Below are positions 44,801 to 56,800 of a DNA stretch of 64,000 nucleotides, in pieces. Below the pieces are notes generated by a model. The model did not search any database, was not told where the DNA came from, and was given only the letters and a program-made list of their open reading frames with translations. The first letter of the stretch is position 1, and every line of letters starts with the position of its first letter. The position numbers were made by a program, and so were the translations under genes. Source of the stretch: Eledone cirrhosa (taxonomy: Eukaryota); contig OZ024743.1 in NCBI GenBank assembly GCA_964016885.1, positions 1,984,001 through 2,048,000 on the forward strand, given 5' to 3'.

Positions 44801-47800
44801 CCAGCCGTCGCATATCCTCTGCAGTTGCTGCCCAAGTCTCACTACCATGCAGCATCGCGCTCCTCACACAGGCATCATATAATCGGCCTTTCGTACGCAG
44901 GGAGAAACCCTTCTTCTTCAACAGAGGAAGCAGCTCCCTAAACTTCTTCCAACCTGTCCTTATTCTAGATACTATGGCCTCGGACCCGCCCCCCCTTCCC
45001 ATGCCAATCTGATCTCCTATGTACCGGAAGCTATCAACCACTTCTATAGCCTCCGCCTGCATTTGAAAAATGTGTCTATCAATGCGACTTCTACTGTCTA
45101 ATTTCCCTGTACATCTACTGCATACGTATTTCTCCCTACCTGTTAGTTTGCCTGCTATCCCACTACATCTCTTGTGTACCCAGGATCTGCATTGTGTGCA
45201 TTTTATAGAATTTATGCCAGTTCCTTTTCTGCATATCGAACATGGCCATTTCCCTGACGGAATCAGAATTTTGTCCTCTTTTCTACTCATCAACACTTTT
45301 GTCTTAGCTAGGTTCACTCTCAGTCCTCCTGCTTCCAACTACTGTTTCCATAGCCAGAATTTATTCTCTAGCTCTTCTACTGATTCTGCTATAAGAACCA
45401 GATCGTCAGTATAGAGAAGTTCCCATGGACAGCCAGTCTTAAACTCCTCTGTTATGGCTTGGAGGACTATAATGAACAAGAGCGGGCTGAGGACCGAATC
45501 TTGATGTACTCCCACTTGTATCTGGAATTCCTCACTAAACTCCATTCCTACCTTGACTTTACTGACAGCACCTCTGTACAAAGTTTGCACTGTCCTCACA
45601 AGCGATTCCTCAACACCTACTTTCCTTAGGGACCACCAGATGGCAGATTGGGGTACCCTATTAAAGGCCTTCTCTAGGTCAACAAAGGCTAAGTATAGTG
45701 GCTTATTCTTCTCTAAGAACCTCTCTTGTAATTGTCTCATCAAGAAGAAGGCATCTGTTGTTCTTTTCCCAGGCACAAAACCAAACTGCAACTCATCTAG
45801 TGTGACCCTTTCTTTGATTAGTTGTGCTATTATCCTTTCTGCCACTTTAATAACCTGATCCATCAGTTTTATACCCCTATAATTGCTCCTCTCCAGAGCA
45901 TCCCCTTTACCTTTGTAGCAATTTATGAGAATACTGTTGCACCAGTCTTTGGGTATGACACCGCCATATATAGCCTGATTGATGATGCGTGCAACCAATT
46001 TAGTGCCCACGTCCCCTGATGCCTTCAGCATCTCAGCAACTATCCCCGATGGCCCAGCAGCCTTACCATTTTTCATTTCCTTAATCGCCTCTTGGACCCT
46101 ATATTCGTCAATCTCAATAGCTGGTCCCTCTGTCGGATCTACTGAGGGTAATTTCTCTCTCTCCCATTCGTTCTCCACATTCATCAGTCTCTCATAATGA
46201 CATTTCCAGGCCTCCTTTTTCTGATCATTTGTGATACTAAGTACACCGGCATCATTCCGGACACAGTTATCTACAACAACATCCTGATTTGCATTGACAC
46301 ACTGCCTTGCAATGTGGAACACCGCACGCCTCTGATCTTCCCGTCGCAGAACATTGGCAAACCTCCTACTCTCAGCCTCCCTGCATGCTAAGTACACCTG
46401 ATGTCTAGCTTCTCTCTTAGTGGCTGTATATCCTTCTCTACTCCCACTCTTTTCCAAGCCTTCCATGCTAGTCTTTTGTCTCTAATGGCCTTATCTACTG
46501 TGCTGTTCCACCACCAGGTCACTCTCTGTCTGGTTGGAGTTCTGCTCCAGCCACAAGTTTCATCAGTAGCCTACAGTAAGTCGTCACGTAAGAAATTCCA
46601 GTTATTATCTATGTCATACGACTCTAAATTTCTTCTTTTTCGTCATACACATCTTGAAGGGCTTTCCTAAATTTGTATTTTAGTGAAAGGTCTTTTAGCT
46701 TCCAGACCTTTCTTCTCCACACCTTCCTGTATGTCTCATTCCATCTCTTGCTTACTGAGATATCACTAACGACTAACCTATGCTGTTGAGTACATTCTTC
46801 CCCAGGGTATGCTTTGGTATTTGACACCATCTGCCTGTCCTGCTGCCTAACTAGTAAGAAGTCAATCTGGCTTTATATATGAAAAAACAATCTGAGCCCC
46901 CCTTTTTTTAAAGGCAAATATAATAAGAACTTTGTAATGCGAACTGGCACAAAATTTATTATACTTATTCACATGACAGTCATCAACCAACCAAATTACT
47001 TTTCTAAAAACCTAGCATTTCGAGCCACTTTTTTCCATATAAAACAGAAGTAATATTCAAACACCAACCAGATGCGAGAAAAACCACAAACCCTCCATCT
47101 CAATTCTACTTTTGAAAAACACAAGAACTGTGAAACCGCTAAAGGAACCAAATAAATATATATATTGACTACTGGGGTCGATTAGAAAACCTGAAACTTT
47201 ACTCACTCCAACGTCGCCGTGAGCGTTATATTATCTGCATGATGTGGAAAATGTTCCATCATCACTGCCCAAATGATGTTGGCATCGCCTTCAAGATACA
47301 CCCAAGGCTTGGGCCCCGTGCTATCCGTCCCATTCAAAAATCTAAATCGCAACTCATAACAACAATACGGCACAATTATTTCACCTCAATCGGCCCTGCT
47401 CTCTTCAACATCACACCAGGACACGTCAAAACAGAAACTGACCACACAAAATTCAAGAAGTCTTTGGACAAATTCCTCCAAGTAATCCCGGACAAACCAC
47501 CCACACCCGGATATGTCTCCGCAAACAGTAATTCTCTTCTTGAATGGGCCATGGTGCCCAAATCCTGAATTGAAGGACTTCGCCAGGTGGTGCTGTTGGG
47601 TTGGACATGGCCTGGGCCAATACTGGCCAAAACATTTCAAAGTTATTCAAAGTATATATATATATATATATATATGTATCTATATATGTGTATATATATA
47701 TATGTGTATATATATATATATGTGTATATATATATATACGTGTATATATATATATATGTGTATATATATATATATATGTGTATATATATATATATATATA

Positions 47801-50800
47801 TGTGCATATGTATATATATATATATGTGTATATATATATATATATGTGTGTATATATATATATATGTGTGTATGCTGAGAAGAAAGATGCATGGAAGAGT
47901 CATTATGATAGATTACTAAATGAGGAGAATGCATGGGAAGAAGAGACCCTACCCCACGTAGACCCTATAGAGGGACCAGCAGTACAAGTCAGCGGCAGCG
48001 TAGTAAGTAAGGCAATCAGAGATATGAAGATAGGGAAGGCAACCGGTCCATCGGGTATAGCTGCCGAGATGCTGAAGGCATCTGGGTCTGTAGGTCACAC
48101 TATAACCACACGTATCGTTAACCAGGTAATACTAGAGGGGGCCATACCAAAAGATTGGTGCAGTAGCATCATTGTCAACTGCTACAAAGGTAAAGGCGAT
48201 GCACTAGATAGAGGAAACTATAGAGGTATAAAGTTGATGGACCAGGTCATGAAAGTAACAGAAAGAGTTATAGCACAGCTGATTAGGGACCGGGTGAATA
48301 TAGACGAGATGCAATTTGGGTTTGTACCAGGGAAAGGCACCACTGATGCGCTCTTCCTTGTGAGGCAATTACAGGAAAAGTACCTAGCTAAAAGTAAGCC
48401 ACTCTACTTGGCATTTGTCGACCTTGAGAAAGCCTTTGACAGAGTTCCACGTGCAGTAATCTGGTGGGCTCTTAGAAAACTAGGAGTAGATGAATGGCTT
48501 GTGAAAGCGGTACAAGCCATGTATAGGGGAGCAGTCAGCAAAGTTAGGATTGGCAATGAGTATAGCGAGGAATTTAGCGTACAGGTTGGGGTCCACCAGG
48601 GCTCTGTTCTTAGCCCTCTCCTGTTCATCATAGTCCTGCAGGCAATAACGGAGGAGTTTAAGACCGGATGCCCATGGGAACTCCTGTATGCTGATGACCT
48701 CGCACTCATAGCTGAATCTATGGTAGAACTAGAGAATAAATTCCAAACCTGGAAGCAGGGACTAGAGAGAAAGGGCCTCAAAGTCAACATGACAAAGACT
48801 AAGGTCCTTATAAGTAGACGAGAAAACAGAACCCAGATCCAAATGCCTTTCATGTCCAGTTCTATAAGGGTCTTATACTTCTCCGTGGCTCCTTCGTATA
48901 CTCTGATTCTGTCTCTTTGGTTGTAGCCAGAGAACTACATGCGGTTGATGAAGTGCTGAATGTGTCTTTCCATTTCTGTTGGGTCGCACATGCGGGACAC
49001 GTTCTTCATCACTCGTACCAAGTCTGCGATCAGAATATTAAACTTAGCACTACTGAACATTGCTGAGTTTTTTAGTATCAGGTATTTGGAGGCCATGGGT
49101 TTAGCATAGTGTGAGTGGAGAATTTGGGCTCTCTCGTCTATAGCGTTAATCCAGAGTTCCGTGTCTAATACAGGTAGTGTATTGTTAAGGTGTTTGGAAG
49201 GGTAGTCGATAGTTACAGTTATACTCTGGTGTATGGAATTAGCTATCTGCTGGATGCTTTCCATTGTGCTACGTTCTAAATCAAACTTGTTAGTGCTCTC
49301 TTGTGGGGGATGTCCTTATTACTATATTGATGTCGTCTACGTAACGAGAGTACATGATGAGGTCTATGGAGCTCTCATCAAGGAGATCTTTGATTCTCCT
49401 TTCCCACCGTACCATAAAAAGGTTGGCAACGTCACCAGCTATGCTGACGCCAATGGCTGCTCCCTCATTTTGGGTGTAGATCTTCTCATTGAACTTGAAT
49501 ATGTGGCCCTTTAGGGTAGTTTTGATACTAGCCCCTATTGCATGTGCGACCATTTTTCTTACCTGATCATTGTTTTGGGGGTCCATATAGCTTTGGTCCA
49601 CCCAATCTACTTTCCCATGGGAGTCTTTTTTGCCATTGAGGTTATGGTGGAGCGTCTACCTCTTATGGGTCTACTGGGGCAGAAACGTCTAAGGTCATGG
49701 CTGTCTAGGTAGTCAGTGTCATAGGTAAGTCTAAGTAGGAGGCCCAGTTTGTCTGTGCCGACGTCGCAGAACTCCACCTCACTCTCAATGATCATCTCCA
49801 CACATTTTTCCACAGCAAAATCAATGTTAATGGATGGGTACAGTGATACCACATCCATACTGCCTATTATGCAGTTGGATAGGTTCCTGTTTTTGTTACA
49901 CTCACTGATTCTGCTGAGGAGGTCCTCTGTACTGTCACATACATCTGGGGACATCTTGATTATGGGGCGTATCACCATTGAGAGGAAGTAGGAGATCCTG
50001 TAGTTGCTAGCTATATTTGCTACGCATACAGGTCTTGTTGGTGGTCCTGTTGTCGGGTCGTCGACTGTCTTGTGGTCTTTGTGGAGCCCATACAAGGGTG
50101 GTATGCCATTGTTGGACGCCTGGAAGTTGTTGGCAGTGCGTCTACTTGGCTTTAGGATGTCGGTCCACATCATCATGTGAGCGTTGAGGATTTTCTCTCT
50201 CCCATCATGTATTTTCTGTGCAATTTCACTCGTGTTGGTGATGTGGGGTTGCATAGCCTTGATGTAGTTCGGCATGCTGTCTATTGACATCCTACCAGAC
50301 TAATCCGTTGGTAGACATACTACCTCACCATCCCTTGTGCGCTGCTTGAGGCTAACCAAGCCTTCTACAGGTTTCCTCCCAAGTTGTTGAACCTCTGGTC
50401 TGCTCTGTCTCTTAGTATACCGGTCTACTATTTGTCTAATCTTATTTCTAGCTATGGTGAACTGTGCCTCTGTCTCGTCATCTATTTGTTGTGGTATGCA
50501 AACTCTTTTATTAAAGTGTTTACCTCGTAGGATAGATATTACCCATCTTATATGTTTTGTCAGCTGGGTTGAAGAATAGTTTCTCTAAGGGGTTGTCATT
50601 ATATCTATCGTCATAGTTGTCATCATCATCATCATCATTTTTACGTCCCCTTTTCCCTGCTTGCAAGGGTGGGACGGGAACTGATTCTGGCTTGATTTCT
50701 ACAGCTGGATGCCCTTCCTAACACCAACCTCATTTACAGTGAGTGCTGGGTGCTTTTTTGCCGTGGCACCTCCACGACCACTTTGCAGTGGAATGATATG

Positions 50801-53800
50801 GACCCCAGTCCCTATCATCTCATTTCTACAGCTGAGTAAACTGGAGCAATGTGAAATAAAGTGTCTTGCTCAAGGAAACAACACATCACCCGGTCTGAGA
50901 ATTGAACTCACAACCTTTCGATTGCAAGGCCAATGCTCTAACCACTAAGCCATGTGCCTCCATGTGTGTGTTGCTATTATTGTTATTATGGTGGTTGTTG
51001 TTGTTCCTATCATTAGCATTATTATTGTTATGATTGCTAGATGTATTGTTGCTGTAATTGTTAGATGTATTGTTGTTATGATTGTTAGATGTATTGTTGC
51101 TGTGATTGTTAGATGTATTGTTGTTATGATTGCTAGATGTATTGTTGCTGTGATTGTTAGATGTATTGTTGTTGTTTTCTCCACCGTTATTGTTGTTGTT
51201 ACTGTTATTTCTACTATTGTGGTTGTTACTTTTATTATGTTTCTTGTTTTTGTTGTGTCTATCATTAATGTTGCTACATATATTATTTCTATTATTACCA
51301 CTGTGGTTGTTGTTGTTGTTATTCGTATTGTTACCGTTATTACTACTGTGGTCGCTGCTGCTGTGTCTATAGTTAATGTTTCTATTATTATTATTATTGT
51401 GGTTATTAACTTTGCCTTTCATCCTTACGGGGTCGATAAAATGAAGTACCAGTAATGTAGTGGGTAATTGCTGGCCTTGTGCCAAAAGTAGAAACAATTA
51501 TTATTGTGGTTGTTGTTGTTGTTCTGTCTATCGTTAATATTATTACCATTATTACTATTTCTCACTCTCCTGCTATTGTTATTGTTATGACTATTACTAT
51601 TATGGCTGTTATTTCTATATTCAGAGTTATTGTTTATATTACTACTACCGTTATTATTGTTGTTGTTGTTGTTTACTTTTGCATTCCAACGTATTTTTGT
51701 GAAACACTTTTCCAGCTCCGTTTTGCACTCAATAGGGTTAATCTTTTTGTAGATGGCAAATTTTGGTGGTAGCTGCAGGATTTGTTGTTCTTGTTCACTG
51801 ATTAAAGTGTTCCCATAAATATTTACTGTGTGGTCATTGGTAAATTCTTCCGGTAGTTCTACATCAGTCATACGGATATTTTTGATGTCATCTGGGTATT
51901 TTTGTGAATATTCTATTTTTCTTTCTTCTAGTTTTTTCTTATTCATCCATTCTAATTTCTTATTGAAATGCCTATTGCATTCGTTTCGGGCATATTTCGT
52001 TTCACGGTGAATGACGCTCATGAAGTTATCCCTTTCGTTTGGTGTGGTGAGATTTCGGACTTCCTTACCGTTAATGCGTTTCTGTCTGTAAAGTTCGTTA
52101 ACTTTTGTGTATGTTGTTCTTTTCATATTAACTGTTATTGTGTGTTTTAGTCGTTCAGCTTGTGTTTTGTGTGGTTAGAAAAAGCTATCTCACTTACCGC
52201 TTTTCATAGGCGCCGCTAAATCCCATGGCTGTTTTCTCCTCTTCCACGTGCGTCCAACTCATTAACACCGGGAGCTGCCAAAACTCGTGTCCACACCGTT
52301 CCTGGTCACCACTAGAGAGAGGCCGATCTGCTGGCCCTTCCGGTCAAGCATCCTTCCGGCCAAGCACCCTTCCGGTCGAGCACTCCCCCACTTCCGGCCA
52401 CCGCACGCCACACCATACCCACATGCACCCCTGATCTCAAGGATCAATTTCCCCCTCGTCCTTCAGCATATGAAAGTCTGCTGTCCAGGTTGGTGGTTTG
52501 CGACTTCTTTGCGATCTCCGCAGTGTTGGGGCGGCACTTTGGGTTTCCTCTTCCTCGGAGTCCGTTGACACAGTGATTCTACAGGCAGCCAGGACATGCC
52601 GTGGCACTCCGTCCACGGACACATTGTTCTGGGAATTTACGGCCGTCACCGTTCCTCTTCCCCATTGAGATGTGCAACGTGCATCTGGGGGCTTAACCCA
52701 GACTTCTTCGCCCACCTGCATGAATGCACTCTCTCTCCACTGGCCGTTGTGATGGCGTGCACGGGTGCCACCACTCGTATCTGAATACTGCTCTGTGGCA
52801 CCGATTCCTCGACCTGTCCCACCCGAGGGGACATGTTGTACCAGAACACTGCCTCCATTGGTGAGATATGGCCCCGCTCCGCCATTGCCTTGATCGTCCA
52901 GTGGTGTCGCTCCACAATTCCATTTCCGCTCGGCCTGTGCGCTGCTCTGAAGAAACGGTCCACCTTCCATCCATCGAGCATCTCTCTCAGCGCCTCCGAG
53001 CGGAACGCTGCGCTGTTGTCCATCAGCAGTTCGTCCACAGGGCCCCGCTCCAAGAACACCTCTCAACGTCCGCATGATTTCCTCGGCCGTTCCAGTCTTC
53101 ATCTCCCTCCATATCGCCATCCGTCCCGGTCCACAGTCAACAATCGAGAGGTACGTTCCCTGTCGGTAGTGCATTACATCCACCGCCAATCGCTTCCAGT
53201 CGCGATCCACCGGGAGGCTTCCCGTTTCGTGCACACCCAGGGCGGGATCAATGGACTGACATCGGACGCAGCCTCTAACCACCCTTTGAACACTGTGTCT
53301 GTTAACGTCCGAGTCGATTCTCCTGGCTAGGAACAGGCACCTATCCACTCTCATGTGGTGCATGTCATGCAACCCTTTCAGATCCGACTCAGTCAGCCGA
53401 CACACAGCAGCTATCTCATCTTCTACCTCCTCCGGCGCTTCCATCCAGGCTTTCTTCACCCTAGTTAAGACGTCCACCCTATTTTTCTCTGAGGGCACGA
53501 AAACTACGCTCAGCCTCAGGTCAAACTCGGTGGCCAGCTCTCCTAAAGTTCCCAGGCGGCGCTTTATCAGCATCTTGCCGCCCCTCTCATTTGCACTCTC
53601 TTCTCAGTGGTGAGCACTGATCTCACCCATCCGAGTACAGTAGCCGAGTCGGTGCGTATCTCGATGGTGCGCAGTCCCCACCTCAGAGCGAGGTTCACCC
53701 CTCTCAACACTGCGTCCAGTTCGGCCACATTGATGTGGTTGCAGTCATCCTTCTTCCTAAGCCAGGCTGCATCCTCGACCTCAACACCTCCTATCTCCAA

Positions 53801-56800
53801 CGTGACACCCAGCGCTATGCTGCTGGCATCACACCATACGGTCCCGCTCTGCGATTTGGGATCATACCAGCGTCCCCACACTGGGTCGTCGGCCTTCACC
53901 CTCCCCACGATCTCCTGCATCGTGGCCACCGTCCTCTCTCCCACTCTGTCACTCCAAGTCACTCCTCCCGCTCGTCTCTTGATATAGCTGCATGCCGTCT
54001 AGAGCCACCCAGCAATCGGGTAGTGACCCACCAACTTGCCACACACCGAGAAAAGCTCCCGCCTACTTATACTTGGGCCCAGTTCTGGAACTTCATTTCC
54101 CCTCTGGAATACCAAGACGCCCGTCCTGTCTCGCCGTAGCTTAAGTCCCAGCGCGGCTCCTCCCTCCAACGCTTCTGACGGCTTCGCGGCCAGTCCATAC
54201 CCCTGTAAATGGCTCGTGACCTCCGCCGCCGACACCACAGACTCGTCCACTAGGATGTCGTCAATGTAGGAGTTAGTGGCCCTCTTCATCTTGTTGGCCT
54301 TTCCCAGAATGGTCTTGAGGACCGCCGCCATGATCTTCGGTGCGGAGCTCAGCCCGAAACCGAGCCTGGTCAGGCAATATGTCCGGCCCTTATACCTGAC
54401 CAGCTGATACTGCCAGAGCTTCTCATCTATATGCAATTGCAACTATGCCGACTTTAGATCTACGATTGCTGAACCCCCCGTCATGCGTCTCCACTCACGC
54501 AGGGTTTCCCCACAGACATCCGTGACCTCGCCACCCGTGTGGCATGACACGTGCTCGTTCAGCTCCCGAAAGCTCAGCACCGGCCTCACCTTGTTCTTCG
54601 TGGGTTGCGCCACCGCCATTAACGGCAATACTCCGCACTTCACCACCTCTTTCTAGGGAAGCAGTATGCCCTCCTCAATCCATCTCTCTACCTCTTGCTC
54701 GAGCTTGCTCCTAATGTTTCCCTTCAATGTGTGTTGATAGCAGCCCACTTTGGTCTTCAGTGTTGGTGGTTCTCCCTTCCAGTACCACTCAACAACCCAT
54801 CGCTGCCCATCGAACATGGCCTTGAAGTCTTTGTCCTGCACAGTGTAAGCGGGGTATTTCTCCTCGTGGGCCTTCTGGTTCTCCTGTCGTGTACTCTACT
54901 CACAGCGCATACTGATGCAGCGGCACCAAACGACACACCGACGTTGTTCACTGTGACGCCTCCTAGACGGCCAATTGCGTCCATGCCCATAACCATGCCG
55001 ATCCCATCCACTACGCTGTCTACTACGATGGCAGAAAGCCTTATTTTCCTTCCCCGTACCGCTATTTCCATCTCGCTGCGACCTCGGCATTCAATTTTCC
55101 TGCCGTCGACTGCCCTTAGGCTGCTCTTCCCTCTCCACCTCTGCGCCACCCCCGCAGTCACCAGTGTCGTCGTACAGCCCGTGTCCACGAGGGCTCACTG
55201 TGGCTTTCCCCTCACGAAGACTTCCACCACGAGCAGCGCCTCTACTCGTAAGGGGCAACTACCGGCGCAGTAGTTCCCCTTGGATCGTTTCCCTGGTCGC
55301 AGTTAGTAGCGATGTGGCCTGGTCGCTTACACCGGTAGCATATTATTTCCGGCCTTGACTCTCTACAGTCTCTAGCCATGTGCGGGCCCTGGTACCTAAA
55401 ACAGCGACCTCTAAACGTTCGCGGGCAACCGTGTGCCGTGGTTGCCTCCCTTTCACCATTTCGCTGGCAGCTGTCTTGAGCCTCTGTAGTTGCTATCGCC
55501 GCGACACTCTTCTTGGCATCTGCTATGATCCGGGCTTGTTCCACCAGTGAACACATTTCCATTTCTTTGTAACCCGGGACTTGCTGCAGTTTCACCGCTA
55601 TGTCGTCTGGAAATCCATTTATGAGCGCCAACCGCACCGTGCGTTTGCATTCCACCTGATATCCAGGCAAACATGGCCAATCGCCGTATTTCCGCTGCGA
55701 AAATGTCAACGCGTTCACCGTTCCATCTAATTCTTGCCAGCTTAGCGAAAGCGGCTAACGGTCCCTCTGCGAACGCTTCCATCATGCGCCTCTCAATCTT
55801 TTGCGCATCTCTTTGGCTGTGTTCGTCCAACTCAAGGAAGAGTACCAACGCGTCCCCCTCGAGGTACAGTGCCATGAGGCCAGCCACATCTTCTATCTTC
55901 TGTAAGCTTGCGACCAGCCGGACTTTTCGCAGCCAAGCGACATCACCTTCACTGATCGCTTCGCTTGTTCGTAGTCTCGTCGCCATATCCTAATTTGTCT
56001 TGCGGTACGTGATAAAAAAAAACAACAGACTCCTCTCTGTTTTTCCAGTAGCTTTATTTATTTTTTTTTTTTCAATCAGATCTCAGTTTCCCGTGCCGAA
56101 ATAGCTTGTGGTTAGAAAAAGCTATCTCACTTACCGCTTGTCATAGGTGCCGCTAAATCCCATTGCTGGTTTCTCCTCTTCCACGTGCGTCCAACTCATT
56201 AACACTGGGAGCTGCCAAAACTCGTGTCCACACCGTTCCTGATCACCACTAGAGAGAGGCCGATCTGCTGGCCCTTCCGGTCGAGCACTCCCCCGCTTCC
56301 AACCACCGCACGCCACACCATACCCACATTTTGTTCAATAATAAATTATGTACTTGTTTTGATATGTTTGTTGTGTATATTTTGGAGGAAACACAGTGTT
56401 TTAAGAAGCGGATTTGTTCTGTTGTTATTGTAGTTTTTATATAACAGAAAACAGTGTCTTTCAATAACCTTTCAGCTTGGCACAAGCTAATGCCATAACG
56501 GCGATGAATTAGTTTTGCGAGGTTTTTGATATGAAATCGTGTGTCGAAACAAATATTGTTATACTTGGGGAGGGTCATATTTGTGTAATAATATTGCCAG
56601 AATTAATAACAGAACACTCTCACTGTTTGGTTGGTTTTCGCTTCTGTGTCTTTTATATCGGTTAATTTAATTTATTCGGTCCTCAATGTTGCCATTGACT
56701 GTAGAAAGGCCCTGAGAAAGACCCACTTAAAGATTAAGGTGGTAGAAAAGCCAGGAACCACCATAAAATCCCTGATCAGCAAAACCTACCCTTTTAAGAA

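Larger units (their letters stand above)
48841..56701 (-). mobile_element. Penelope-like element ORF (N-terminus and RT), interrupted by an LTR element, SINEs and an AAT/AAC microsatellite
   Basis: ORF starts at 56578 and continues below 52169; [55 protein letters not shown]. Confidence 0.9.

Noticed and set aside
47601-48926. 441-aa ORF as a novel chimeric gene
   Set aside because: Fortuitous read-through of a CR1 tail, a microsatellite, RTE RT and antisense PLE sequence
50945-51772. Hydrophobic membrane-protein-like ORFs
   Set aside because: Alternative frames of the ATT/GTT microsatellite
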